From: Eledone cirrhosa
Taxonomy: Eukaryota
DNA: 64,000 nucleotides
Assembly (NCBI GenBank): GCA_964016885.1
Contig: OZ024743.1
Span: forward strand, 122,202,001 to 122,266,000
Reading direction: 5' to 3'
Below, piece after piece: positions 26,139-39,760 of the stretch (position 1 is the stretch's first letter; the number at the start of each line of letters is the position of its first letter). A program made the translations under genes and the position numbers. The notes under the pieces are model-generated. The model ran no database searches, was not told the origin of the DNA, and was given only the letters and a program-made list of their open reading frames with translations.

Positions 26139-26667
26139 TTTAGTTAAGATATAATATGTGTGTAAGAGAGAAGCTATTTGCAAATAATATGAGAAAAAGC
26201 ACCCAAACAACGCTATCCCAATGATACGGGCTCGGACGTTGTGGGGGAACGCTCTCTGGCGTGCGGAACCCCAGGCGTAAGCCACGTCGTGTTCCCAGCG
26301 GACAGAATGGTGAAACCGTTGCCCCAGTGGATAGCGAGGGAGATGCATTATACTCATTATACTCCCATGGGAAGTAGTCTCTTTCGAAAAAGAACGGGTG
26401 GAAATGATAGAAATGGACCAGCTTTTCCCCAGGTCATTTTTTAAAATCATATTTATTACCTCTGATGAATATTTGACGTTACATAACAATATTCAATATA
26501 TTTATTTCCCCCTTTCTACTATATTGTTATAGCATAAATATCAGTTAAATTATTTGTATTGAAACATTTGTAAGATATCAAATGATTTAAGAAATATATT
26601 CTATCACTCGAATTTGTTGCATATATTTATATATTTCTATCTATAATGACATAAACACATTGAGCTT

Positions 26668-26995
26668 AAATATATTATTAATTGGCAATTTTGATTCTGT
26701 TTTGGTTAACTCCCTATATATAAGAAAATTATAGTAATTAGCTTATTTACTTAAAGTAAGTAAATTAGCTTACTTACTTAAAGTAAGTAAATTAATTACT
26801 ATAATTATAGGTTTTGTCTTAGTAACTTTGTGGTTCAATGCAAGGGGATGCAGAACAATTATATGAAAAACGTACAATAAGAAAATCATAGTAATTAGCT
26901 TACTTACTTAAAGTAAGTAAGCTAATTACTATAATTTTCTTATATATAGGGAGTTAACCAAAACAGAATCAAAATTGCCAATTAATAATATATTT
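26668..26995. repeat. Fold-back with 85-bp arms and internal palindromes
   Basis: 26668-26752 is the reverse complement of 26911-26995; internal palindrome tacttactt-a-aagtaagta present three times. Confidence 0.85.
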
Positions 26996-27002
26996 GAGAA
27001 AT

Positions 27003-28640
27003 AAGTTCAGAGCGTCGCCCAGGACTTCAGAGATGCATCGATAATCCACCTATTCAAAAACAAAGGTAAAAATCTATCTGCGACAACTCTCGCGGCATCT
27101 CCCTTCTCTGTATTGCTGGTAAGATACCATCCCGTGTCATTCTCAACAGAATTACATCCAGACTTGTTGACGATATCTACCATGAAAATCAATGTGGTTT
27201 CCACTCTGGTCGGGGTACTATTGACATGCTTTTCTCTCTTCGCCAGGTCGCAGAGAAGGTTCGTGAAAGGAGCCAAGAGCAGTTTATGGTTTTTGTTAAC
27301 CTGACTAAGGCCTTTGATACTGTCAATCGCAAAGCTCTTTGGAAAATCTCGAAAAAGCTTGGCATACCTGATAATATGCTAAAAATCATCATAACCTTCC
27401 GTGAGGGCATGGAAGCATCAGTTATGTCAGATGGTGAATGCTCTGAAGCCTTTGCTGTTTCAAATGGTGCGAAGCAGGATTGTGTCATGGCTCCTGTCCT
27501 CTTTGCTTTGTTCTTTTCCGTAATGCTCCTGCATGCATTTGGCGATTTGGATACTGGTGTAAGATTTGAGTTCCGTACATTGGGTGGGCTATTGAACCAT
27601 CAGAAGTTTAAGGCTAAAACACTCACACGAACAAGTATCATTTGCGATTTACTGTTCTCTGATGATACTGCACTTGTTGCAACATCCCTCAAAAAGGCAC
27701 AGGAATTGAGGAACTGCTTTTCGCTTGCCTGTAAGGCTTTTGGTCTAATAATCAGCATCAAGAAGACTGAAGTGGTGCATCAACCAAAGCCACCCCCATG
27801 CATTCAATAGGCGTTAAACAGATGCGGTCAGATGAAAGGAATCTTCTTGCACCCATCACTATTGATGGCAAAGACCTGAAATATGTGAGTTATTTTACTT
27901 ACCTTGGCTGCAAGGTGAACCACTCTGCATCTCTGGAGGATGAGATTGTTAATCGCATCTCCAAGGCAACTGATGCTTTTGGCAAACTACATCACCACCT
28001 ATGGAGTGTCAGAGGTATATCCCTGAAAACAAAAGTTGCAGTTTATCGTGCACTTGTACTGACAACACTCTTATATGGCTCAGAGTCATGGACACTTTAC
28101 CGCACTCAGATCAGCTTGATGTCTTCCACAAACGCTGTCTTCGCTCCGTCTGTGGAAATGCACTTTCTGACAGAGTCTCCAATGCCGAACTGTTCACAAG
28201 GTACAACATTGGTGGGATTGAGTCATTTCTGATACAATCCCAACTCAGATGGGCTGGTTATATCCTACAGATGTCTGAGGACCGCATATCTAAGGTACTG
28301 TTATACAGTAAACTCCAGAATGGTGCGCATAGTGTGAGCAGGCCACTACTCCGATATAAGGACAAACTGAAGTACAATCTTAAGTTTGTCAACGTACCTC
28401 TTTCTTCGTTTGAAGCCGTGACTGCTAATCGTAAAAGGTGGAGAACTGTCTTCCACGAAGGTATAAAGAATTTTGAGAAATCTTGTTTAGCCCACCTCTG
28501 TGAGATACGATCTAACACCAGAGTCCGGTCAGGCATTCCTGCCTGCTTTGTTCAAGATCCTGTCACCTGTACCAAATGCGGATTATAGCTTATTTTTATC
28601 TCAGCGGAAACTAGGTGGATATGCAGTCTTGACAATCATC
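27003..28640 (+). mobile_element. RTE (BovB-like) LINE, 5'-truncated and frameshifted
   Basis: FVNLTKAFDTVNR, GAKQDCVMAPVLF, DLLFSDD, LLYGSESWTLY, QLRWAGY, RPLLRYKDKLK, terminal CxxC. Confidence 0.92.
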
Positions 28641-28777
28641 AAGTGAGAAACAACAAAGGATGTGTGGCGGTGATCATAACTTTAAGAATTCACAGCGGAA
28701 GGGTGTCGAATGTTTTTCGTAAACATCCTGAATACAACACGTGCATATATGTGTACAACGCTATATATATATATATA

Positions 28778-29804
28778 CTAGCAGAGGTACCCGGCGTTGC
28801 TCGGGTATTAAATAATTAAAAACCAGTTGTGTATACCATTTATGTCAATACTTCAGTGCTGCTTCGAAAACTATACTTTTACAAAATCATCAGCTTTTTC
28901 CAAAAGGGGATTCCTGCCACCAGGGGTCCCCTACTCAATATGTGCCAATTCTGAGAGTTCACATTCATCTGTAGGACAAACGTAGCCCATGTGTCAAGTT
29001 TTGTGAAAATCGGTTGCGAACTCCAGAAGTTATGACGTTTTGTTGCATTGCACTGCAGTGCTTCAGTCGACTCCAAGAAAGTGGTTAAAGGGGGTTATCT
29101 GCCGGGAGGCCCTATAATCAATATCTGGAAAAATGAAAGTGCCCATGAAGTAACATATGTCTTAAGTTTGGTGAAAATACTGTAGAAATGCATAAGGTTT
29201 ATACATACGCGCGTGTGTGTGTAGGTGTGTATGTATTTGTGTGTGCGTATGTATGTGTATGTCCGTCGGGGCATACGTATGTACTGGCCTAAATCTTCAC
29301 TATTTACTTTTACTATTTTAATAACCTCTGTCATTTTCGTTTTTAGTTTTATTTACATCATTCTTAAACTCCGCGGCTGGAAATCATTCTGTTATTTTAA
29401 ATAGAATATTAGTCTAACGACTCCATTTATACCATAAACTTGGTCTTGTCTTTGCATGAAATTGTTCTTCTCGGTCCACATAACGACGTATTATCCTCGC
29501 TTTTTTTCCGTTCATTGCCAGGGAACGTCTTCACGAACCAAAATATCGTCTTCCTATTTTCCTTCGGTTGCAACGTTTCTTGAAATATTTACTTCTGCGT
29601 TCACAGATTACTCTCAGTTCAATTTGAATGGGAAATTCCTGTTTCATCGATTTTCTCCGTAACCATGGAAGCTTGTAGCTTGAAAGTCGACCCAACGCCT
29701 CCTCGGGTCATTCGCTGCATTCTACCAAGCCGTTTCGACGTTTATCCGACTACACCTACTTACTTACTTAAATATACAACGTCCGACCACTTCCAATTTA
29801 TATA

Positions 29805-29810
<6 letters not shown>
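28778..29810 (-). mobile_element. Non-autonomous Helitron-like element
   Basis: CTAG at 28778 with subterminal hairpin cccggcgttgctcggg; the other end merges into (TA)n. Confidence 0.55.
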
Positions 29811-29837
<27 letters not shown>

Positions 29838-29841
<4 letters not shown>

Positions 29842-30849
29842 TGTTTTTGTTTGTTTGTTTGTTCACGAACTCCTCCTATGGTTTTGGAGATAGACCCCCA
29901 TAACCATATATATTCTGAAACTACATTGCCCAGGGTACTTGGATAAGTATATTTCATTTTAATCAAAGGGTTCCCCGGGGGCACAAAACCCCGCTGAAAA
30001 ATCTTTCACTTCGATTTAAACCATAGGTAAATGACAAGATATGATGCCTATTCACAAAAATTCAGCAAATTTCAATAATATTAAGACACCGTAATGAGGG
30101 TTAAACCCCTATAGTGAAAATTTTGGTCAATAAATGGAACAAGATGTGTTGTAACAAGATTGCATGAGAACTTTGAAGCAACCATTATATTCGGGGCTTA
30201 CAAAGGTCAAGCTCTTCTCATTCCGAGGATTCCACTTATACCAAATGATAGCGACTTGCCTTTTACATTTAAGAGGCTGCAGTTCCCAGTGAGGCCATGC
30301 TTTGCCATGAGCATCATAAGAGTCAAGGTCAAACTTTCAAAACTATTGGTATAGATCTGACAAACCCATGTTTCAGTCATGGCATGTTTCATGTGGCTGC
30401 TTCAATGACTGGAACTTCAAAAAATCTCTACATTTTAGCCAATCAAAGAAAGACAAGAAATGTTGTTTACCCTGAAGTTCTTCATTAGGACAAAGTATGA
30501 AATATATTTTCATGTATTTATTATGTTAAAAAATAAATAATTAAACTTTGAATTTCTAATTTGAAAATTATGCTTTACACAAAAATGAAATGATCAAGTT
30601 TTGAATTGATATTTTGAAAAATATTATTTACAAGAAGAAAAATAATAAGATTTAATAATGTAATTTTGATTTGATATATTACAAAAAATAATGTTTTCCA
30701 ATTTTTCATACATTACATTTTACGTTGAGTAATATTGAAATGCAGAGTTTATCTCCATAAATAATATCATTGATTTCAAATCAATCATCATTTACTTACA
30801 AAAAAAAAAAAATGTGTGAAACGCAGCAAGGCGCGGGTAATTCGGCTAG
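29838..30849 (+). mobile_element. Helitron with helicase C-terminal remnant, ending in CTAG
   Basis: PIF1-type motifs inside; GC-rich subterminal segment and CTAG at 30846-30849. Confidence 0.75.
30148..30488 (+). pseudogene. Helitron PIF1-like helicase C-terminus (frameshifted)
   Basis: IPRIPLIPNDSDLPFTFKRLQFPVRPCFAMS / KSQGQTFKTIGIDLTNPCFSHGMFHVAAS..RNVVYPEVL. Confidence 0.9.
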
Positions 30850-31299
30850 TATTTATATATATTTCATGAGGGACTGAGGCACGAGAAACGCGATCTTTGT
30901 CTTAGTAGGTTAGAGGGTCAAGGAAGCGGTGGTGGTGTGAGGGGGCTAGTTGTGTTAGTGGGGTGGCGAGGTGTCGGTGTGTGTGGATAGAGGGTAGTGG
31001 TGATAGTAGGGTGAGGGGACGGGGTAGAGGAAGGTGTGGGTGGGTGGATGGTGAGGGGCGTAAAGGTTAGTGCGTTAGTAGGGGGTCAGTGGGTAGACGG
31101 TAAGGCGGGGGTAAAGGGTGTATGTGTACGTTGTTGAGTGTGCGTGGGGGTGGTAGGCGTAGGTGGTGGTAGGTAGGGGTGGGTGATTGTCGGTGGTGGA
31201 TAGTGGTGTCAGTCGGGGGCTAAAGGAAGAAGGGTGAAGAGTCCAAACCGGGGGCGGTGCATGTCTATAGTTGGAATATATATATATAAATATAAATAT

Positions 31300-31490
31300 A
31301 TAAGAAAGACCCCGACGGCTGAGCTCTGGCCGTTTCGAGAGCTAGATCCGAGCTGTCGAAACGGCTGGAGCTCAGCCGTCGGGGCCCTGACTCTTTTCCT
31401 ACTACCCACTCTACTACCCTAAGTATTGAGTACTCTGGTGCGTTATGGTCCACCTGGTATCTTACCACACCTTCTTTGTTCTTTGTTATA
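31300..31490 (+). mobile_element. Family-B fold-back insert in (TA)n
   Basis: Hairpin 31310-31384; GAAA cggcuggagcucagccg UC gggg; tail homologous to 5953-6035. Confidence 0.85.
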
Positions 31491-31514
31491 TACATATATA
31501 TATATGTGTGTGTG

Positions 31515-31593
<79 letters not shown>

Positions 31594-34500
31594 GTGTGTG
31601 TGAGTATAAAATCAATCCATCTTTCTGAATATATACAATAATATATTTTTTTATATAGACCGTTTTTATTCTGTTTCATTTTTCTACATGTTTTTAATGT
31701 ACTTCAGTTTTACATAAAAATGCTACTCAACACTTTTCTTAGTTAACACAATTATTTAAGTGACGATACACCGACGTTTCAAATACAATTTTTAGATGAA
31801 AAAATTCTTCAATACTTGTTGAAATCTCTAATTTCATTAACATACATGGCTTCATATATTGATGAATATTAAATGAATGATACTTCCTCCACTTGTTGAA
31901 GCAATGTTATCATTGGACAATCATAATGATAACCGTAAGCTAAATTCAAAATTCCCACTTGATCTCATGATCAATTTAAATGTAAATATTTATTGATGAA
32001 GCAGCTGTTAAATGTTTCTGTTTTCATCTTAATTTAATTTTCTAATGTTTCAATGGAAAATGCAATCAAGATCGAGCCAATGAGATTGACTTGCTAAAAA
32101 TAACATCAAAATATCTCACGTCCAACCGGCTTTAAAGAAGGAAGATGGAGTCGCAGGGACGCCGTTCTGGGAATTTTATACCTGCCGGGTCCAATCCCTC
32201 TCCACGTCGGGCCACAGACGATTTCTTCCAGAGAGAAAGAATGAACCCCCGTACTGGACTGGCATTTTATTTATCGACCACGAAAGGATGAAAGGCAAAG
32301 TTGACCTCTGCAGGATTTGAATTCAGAGTACAGTGAGTTGGGACAAATACCATGGCATATTTAATCTGATGCCCTAATGACTTTGTCGATAATATAGTTT
32401 GAGTTAGAATAATTACTTTTGATTAGAGTTCTGCTTGATCAGGGCTAACTTGAGCTAAACCACCACAACAACATACAATCTTTTTTGAATTGAATCTGAT
32501 CTTGGTGGAATCGAATATTTAGATTTGGAATGTCTACAAGTTAATTTGTTTTGTTTAAGATATTATATTAATTTCATTCTATCTGTCTGATTTATTTTTG
32601 TAATTATTCCATTGTACAAAGACACCAAGGTCGAATTAAGTTAGTGCGGGGTTTATAACATAAGCCATAAAAGGTTACTAAATTTAAAAGTGCTCCTAAA
32701 TTAGAAACCTAGTTATTCTATCAAATTATAATTATTTTTATGGACCCAACTGCATATCTGAAAGACCAATATATAGCACAAAAGGGGGGTATAAATACCG
32801 GTCGCCATTAGTTTGCTAGACATGTATTCCATTTGAGAGCCATCCATGGGGCGGCCAGCGCGTGGGTCCCCATTTGCTCATAATAGTGAAAGAAGGGGAG
32901 AGCGGGAGAGACGGAGGCAGTGACAGTGGGAGTTTGGTTCCATTGTGTTCGGACCTGGTGTATATTTATTTACCGCACCACAATAACTGTACATTTTTTT
33001 TATGGATTCAATTGCATACTTGAAAGACCAATATATATAGGCTAGCTAATACGGGCTGTGGTAATCGAAATTAATTCAAGGGTTCCACTATTTACTAGTT
33101 TATCTAAAACTTGATATTTATCTCCTAACCATTGTGTTTAAGGCATTTAGAATGTTAGTTTTAAAAAACGACGACTTACACGCGTTAAATTACCTGGTGA
33201 ATTCAAATGACTGAACCTTTCCTATATAAATCCTGATTTCGTTTTAAACTAACCCTACAACATAATTTCACTAATATACAATATTGTTATTCAAGCAAAT
33301 AAGATACACATCCCTAATATAATGTAAATTTGGTTTTGTGGTCTAACGTTAAAAATATGAATATACTAATTTGTTCTTGTTATTTGAGCTATTGTTTGCT
33401 AAACCGCATAAAGTTGAAGCAAAAAGTGTAGACAAAATGTTTCTTATTTGTTTAAAAATCCCGATTTAATTTAATGGAAACAATTGATTATTATTATCAT
33501 TAATAATAAGTTACGTTCATCCGATTTTATTTACGAGAAAATAATAATTGTCCCCAATTAGTGTATGAAGAGTTTAATGAAACGAAATAGAGAAATAGAA
33601 TAGAAAGTTATTAATTTAGCATCCGATAAAAATGAAGTAAATGTGCTAATTTATTGTTGTTATTCAATTTGAGTATTGTAATTTAAAGTATACTGTATCC
33701 CAGAAGTATTCCGAATTTTGGATCAACATTAAACATTCAACTGTTTATAAAAGTTGAAGATAGTTTAGTAAAATTTAGAGCTCCTTTTGTAATGAGTACA
33801 GAGCAAAAACGGTCGATGAAAGGAAATGATGAACGAAACGATCTTGTGACGCCTTTTGCTGAGTTACTTTTTCGTTTATTACCATTTTCCCAGACTCTCT
33901 ATTATACAGACATATCTCCATATAATTGAAAAATAAAATTCCTCTCTTTCTTTTTTAATGAAATAAACTTTAATTTCATTAATCAACAGTACAGAAGATC
34001 CTCGGTATAATTCTCCTTCAATGAAACAATAAGAGTACAATAAACTTTGTTGTTTTCTGTATAGCCTTATTAATTTGCTTAGCCGCAAACTGAATTAAAA
34101 CTATAATTTAATTATCAACACAACGCTTTGAAACTATAGTTTAATTATGGACACAACCTTTTTATAATGCTTAGTGTTTTGCTTCTGGAATTTAATTTCA
34201 GCTTCAATTGAAATTAAAGGCTGTTTTGTCTACATACACTTACTTCTGATACGTTCTTACTTCCCCTTTTAAAGTATTTTCAACATTTGACATATTTGCT
34301 GTTTTCGTTTATCATCAGGTCAGTCCTGATCCAATAGAAGACCTTTGATCAAAGGCATTTCTGCCTTGACCAACACTTCTCTTTGAATATTTAGGAACAT
34401 ATTATTCGATGTACTTTTCCTTTTTAAGATGACATAGTATGGTTTGAACACACTTGATAACTATGTTTTAGAAAATTAAGCGATCACGGAAAGATTCCTT

Positions 34501-34825
34501 CGTTAACTCGTACAATATGACATTAAAATACTAACTAATCTCATGGTTAAGAATTTTCTAAGCATTTTCATCTCACCCACAAATTAGTATAATTTTGACT
34601 CTATCAAAATGTAAACCTAATACTGTTATAATTCTTTTGATGGTGGTTTTAATCTAATATAAAACTAGATATTGTGTACCTGTAAACATATATTTATTTT
34701 TCATAGTGCAATTTTTATAAAATCATTCTTCATAATTTCTCTCACTCTTGTGACTTACTAACAATTCCTATTTTCCTGATCCTCAGACCCTCTGCTGTTG
34801 TGTTGACAGATAGATATATAGTTAG

Positions 34826-34905
<80 letters not shown>

Positions 34906-35497
34906 CGCAATATGATTAGAATATGAATAGAATATGATTTTCATGACGAGAGAAAGAGAGAGTGAGAGAGAGGAAAAAGAGAGAAAGAGGGAAGAAAGAG
35001 AGATATCGAAAAAGATTAAAGAAAAACAGATTACTAGACAGGGGATAGAGAAAGAGAGATACAAGTCAAGTGAGAGAGAGATAGAGATAGAGATAGAGAG
35101 AGAGAGGCGCAGGCAAAGAACGGTAAAATGTATAAAAATAGAACAATTCAGTTTATTTAAATAATTTCCCCACAACGTATATTTAGAAGGATTCCAATGG
35201 CCATTATCGAGGTTTTAAAGCCCGTAGAATCTTTTCCCATTCGAACTGTTACTTCATAATATTTGCTTTCGTAACTAAATGGATATTGCATGGCAAATAA
35301 ATGCTCCATAGAAAGAAGTCGCATTATGAAAACCTTTTGGACAATCAGTCTTTTCTATGGAGCTTGCTGGATCTTCTTTTATTATATATTTACTAGCAAA
35401 AACACCGTTCTCTTGGCGGGTTTCTGCTACTATATATGTTGCTGACATTGTAGAGAGTATGTACACATTTCTAAGGCATTATATAGATTACCTAGGA

Positions 35498-35680
35498 AGG
35501 GGGGATTGGCAGTATCGGTAGAGAGTCGGACGCCATGCTTTGACGCATAGTTACGGCCCTTGCCATTCTGAGTTCAAATCTCGCCGAGGTTAACTTTGCC
35601 TTTCATCCTTACGGGGTCGATAAAATAAAGTACCAGTAATGCACTGGGTAATTGCTGGCCTTGTGCCAAAAGTAGAAACA
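35498..35680 (+). mobile_element. tRNA-derived SINE with 19-bp TSD
   Basis: SINE core; TSD attatatagattacctagg. Confidence 0.9.
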
Positions 35681-36036
35681 ATTATATAGATTACCTAGGT
35701 AAAATATATAAGGTCAGAATAAAATACTCGTATTTAATAATTTGCCTTGAAGTTTTAAGCATTAGGTAGAATGTCTATGTATTGTATACAACACGAGAGC
35801 TGCACATAATGTCGGTAACATGTGTATATGTGTGGTTTCGCAATGCACATATCAATGTATATAGATGTATATAGATGTATAAAAAGGAAAAAAAAAAAAC
35901 TACATTTTTCAAGTGAGAATGATACGGTTCACACCGACATATTTGACTTTTCGGTTTATTAATTCAACAATATTCATTTTCTCCAGAACAGAACAGAACA
36001 GAACAGGAGAGAGAGAGAGAGAGAGAGAAAGAGAGT

Positions 36037-36083
<47 letters not shown>

Positions 36084-36586
36084 TGAGAGAGAGAGAGAGA
36101 GATGAATAAAGAAATATATAATTATATTTGTGGACGCTGACTTTGTCGAGTTGTTAAGACGTTCACAGTTACTAGTTCCTGGGTTCGATCTCCCTGTGTT
36201 TTCACTGTTTAAAATACATTTTCATTTTCAGATTTAAATATATTGGATCGTCAAGTATGAAATTTGTAGAAATTTGTAGAAATTTGTAGAAAAACAAACA
36301 AATTTCTACAAATTACATAGTTGACGACCCAATAATATGTGACCTTTTTTCCCTAGATTCAAAAGGGTACTGGTCGAGTGATTAGACGTTCCTTCTTTCT
36401 CAGAACAAACCAATTTTTCCAACTATTTATATAAACTAATTGTAGACGCCGGCCATCACAAGCTTAATTGCTTCTTGTTATTTACTAGACAAAAATAGTA
36501 TGTTTATACGAGCAAATTGTAAAGAATAGATGCTGAACAAAACAAGGTGGAAGTGGAAATTGACACACGTAGCATTACTATGATAA

Positions 36587-36635
36587 TATTGTTGTTGTTG
36601 TTGTTGTTGTTGTTGATCTTCTTCTTCTTCTTCTT

Positions 36636-36666
<31 letters not shown>

Positions 36667-36760
36667 TTATTATTATTATTTCTTCTTCTTCTTCTTCTTC
36701 TTCTTCTTCTTCTTCTTCTTCTTCTTCTTCTTCTTCTTCTTCTTCTTCTTCTTCTTCTTC
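36587..36760. repeat. Compound trinucleotide microsatellite (TTG)n(TTC)n(TTA)n(TTC)n
   Basis: Read directly from the sequence. Confidence 0.95.
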
Positions 36761-37402
36761 AGTCATCCTGCATACTTGTAGATTTCTCCGCTAACCGGAG
36801 CAGTTGTACCAACCCAATGTCGAATTAATAGTCGATCATCTGCGAAGTCACCGATGTTCACGACACCGAGGTCAACTAATTAAACTGATAATCGCTGTAT
36901 GAGCTACTGCTTACTATGAGATAAGCAGGATTTTTATCGAGACTTACTCCTTTAGATCCGACCTGTTCTGCTTGACTAGACTATGATAGCCATATGAGAA
37001 GTACCTCGTGTAGGATGTAGCTTTTCACCATACAAGTCGGTCTTCCAACTGAGAGAGCCTAGGTGTTTAGCTTAAATGAGCATATATTGCGAGTCATCTG
37101 TTCGCTGGGTGGCATGTTGAACAGACATTGGGACACACTGGTACGCCACACAATTTGATAGGGTTGATGGTTTAGTCGTTGAGAGAGACTATACCCAGAA
37201 GAATGCTTCATAAATGTCTGTTATTTTCTGAACAGAATAATATCTAGACAAATATCAAAAGTATGAAACATTTCAAATATTTTATACACTGACTCTAGAG
37301 ATGACATGATGGCGAACGGAAATAAAATGACAGGAAGAAAATTCACAGAAAAGAGTCACACTTTAGGTTAGGATAAACAACTTTGACAGGAAGATAACTC
37401 AG

Positions 37403-37477
<75 letters not shown>

Positions 37478-37520
37478 ATTAGAATTGGTGCTCTGAAATA
37501 GCGATATATATATGAATGTA

Positions 37521-37803
37521 TATATAGTGTATTTTGCAATACACTGTATGCTTAATTAAAAGCATTTTGAAGACCATACGCTATTGTTTTAAAATAGTGA
37601 AAATGTCACTTATTTAAATTTTCAGCAAACAGGGGAGATAAACTGACAGAGCTCTGTTTCGTACTTTTTGGTACTTATCAAAGCTCACTACTCATCTCTC
37701 CTGTTTGCTGAAAATTTAAATAAGTGACATTGTCACTATTTTAAAACAATAGAGTATGGTCTTCAAAATGCTTTTAATTAAGCATACAGTGTATTACAAA
37801 ATA

Positions 37804-37812
<9 letters not shown>
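37521..37812. repeat. Fold-back with 119-bp arms between (TA)n tracts; HHR in the loop
   Basis: 37521-37639 is the reverse complement of 37694-37812 with a few mismatches. Confidence 0.9.
37640..37686 (-). ncRNA. Degenerate type I hammerhead filling the hairpin loop
   Basis: Minus strand: gagcu UUGAUAA (two changes from CUGAUGA) guac caaaaa guac GAAA cagagcucug UC aguuu; 12-nt palindromic stem III. Confidence 0.65.
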
Positions 37813-37841
<29 letters not shown>

Positions 37842-38469
37842 TTTTAGGTAGAGGAAATTGAAACCCTACCTCCAATCTATACATACTAAAACATGCATAG
37901 ATACACCAGAACTACCTACACGGCCACCTATAAACCAGATCTAAAGGAGTAAGCCTTGATAAAAACCCACCTTATCTCGTAGTAAGCAGTAGCTCATGCA
38001 GCGATCATCGGTTTAATGTGAAGCTTGAAGACCATGGCAATGCGTAATGGACGAACAAGAAAATAAGACGAAGCAAGATGTTATGTGTTACCTTATTTAT
38101 TCATCTATCTTGATATTTCGAGATAAAATCTCTTCTTCGGAGGAATATAACAACTGACCCGTCCGGAACCGGTAAACGCGATAAGGTTTCAAGGCCCAAT
38201 TTTGACCATATACCTAGATTGTAAGGGGATCAAATTGTCTTCAGGCGCTTTATCTGTTTGAAGATACTGTTAAAAATATAGCGTGTTAAACGCTTCAATA
38301 TGAAAATGTAATACTACGAAGGGAAATAAGTTAAAGATGCACATTTTAAATGGCAAAGTAGGTGTACTCCTGTTAGTATGTAGGCAATATAGCAGATGTA
38401 TGGTATTATGTCGTGCTATGTAATAGAGAGATGTTAATATTTATTAAGCTATGGAGTTGACTAGTACAT

Positions 38470-38792
38470 GTGTAACTCCTGATAGAGTCATAGGGGCGCT
38501 GTATTGACATACGGCGTTTCTAGGGCATTTTAAGCATGGCGGAGTCCATCCCTCTCCAGGCCTGAGTACAGTAGATTTATTCCAGAGAAAGATAGAAAGT
38601 GAGAGAGGGAAAATGAGAAAGAGATATAGAGGAAGAATCGACCCCAGTACTTGATTGGTACGTTTTTATCGACATCGAAAGGACGAAAGCCAAAGTTGAC
38701 CTCGGTGGGATTTGAACTCAGAGAGCAAGAGCCGGAACGAATACCATAAAGCATTCTATCCGACGTTCTAACGACTTTGCCAATTCACCACC
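38470..38792 (-). mobile_element. SINE subfamily with extended 3' tail
   Basis: SINE head at 38635-38792 joined to a tail also seen at 32140-32240, 44330-44475, 50025-50180 and 52575-52745. Confidence 0.7.
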
Positions 38793-39400
38793 TAGTATAG
38801 GTGTACCATATTATATAAGTGTGGGCAAAGAAAATATATGAAGAAAGTATATATATCAATATTCAGGTGGTTGAAAATCATTTGAATTTGTTGAATGCTT
38901 CCACTTAGCAAGGAGTTGGCCTTTGAGATGTAGACATCCTCTAAGAATGTCGTTCTTTGAGTTCAAATAATTATATATACTAGCAGAAAACCACCCGAAG
39001 GGTGGTTTTCTGCTAGCATGTGTAGTGTGCATATTGATATTATACGCAAATATACATGCATGTAGATATGATACTTCAAATAAAATTGTAATTGAGAATA
39101 TGCACAGAAATTGAAGAGAGAGACTGTGTTCCACTCTCTTCTGTAAATAAAGTAGTCCATGATACATTAAAAAAAGGCGATATTATATATAAACTGCATC
39201 ACGGTGAAATGTAATGAAAACGAAAATGGAGAAAATTGGCAACGGAAAGTATATAACCGGAAGTGTTGACATTTGAACATTTTAAAAGAAGTGAATCTTA
39301 AAATAAGCAATCATTATATATAAGAATATAAGAATATTTATGTTTAATCAACAACTACGAAATTTAGTACATAAATTATGTAATATTCATTCATTATGTA

Positions 39401-39760
39401 AGAGGGTCGGACGCCATGCTTTCCAGCATAGTTACGTCCCTTTACGATCTGAGTTCAAATCCCGCCGAGGTTGACTTTGCCTTTCATCCTTACGGGGTCG
39501 ATAAAATAAAGTACCAGTAATGCACTGGGTAATTGCTGGCCTTGTGCCTAAAGTAGAAACAATTATGTATTCAGGGGGATTGGCAGTATCGGTAGAGGGT
39601 CGGACGTCATGCTTTGCAGCACAGTTACGTCCCTTTACGGACTGAGTTCAAATCCCGCCGAGGTTGACTTTGCCTTTCATCCTTACGGGGTCGATAAAAT
39701 AAAGTACCAGTAATACACTGCGTTAATTGCTGGCCTTGTGCCAAAAGTAGAAACAATTAT
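39401..39760 (+). mobile_element. Two tandem tRNA-derived SINEs
   Basis: Copies at 39401-39563 (5'-truncated) and 39574-39758. Confidence 0.9.

Noticed and set aside
26455-26500. CUGAUGA followed by a short stem
   Set aside because: No GAAA after the stem
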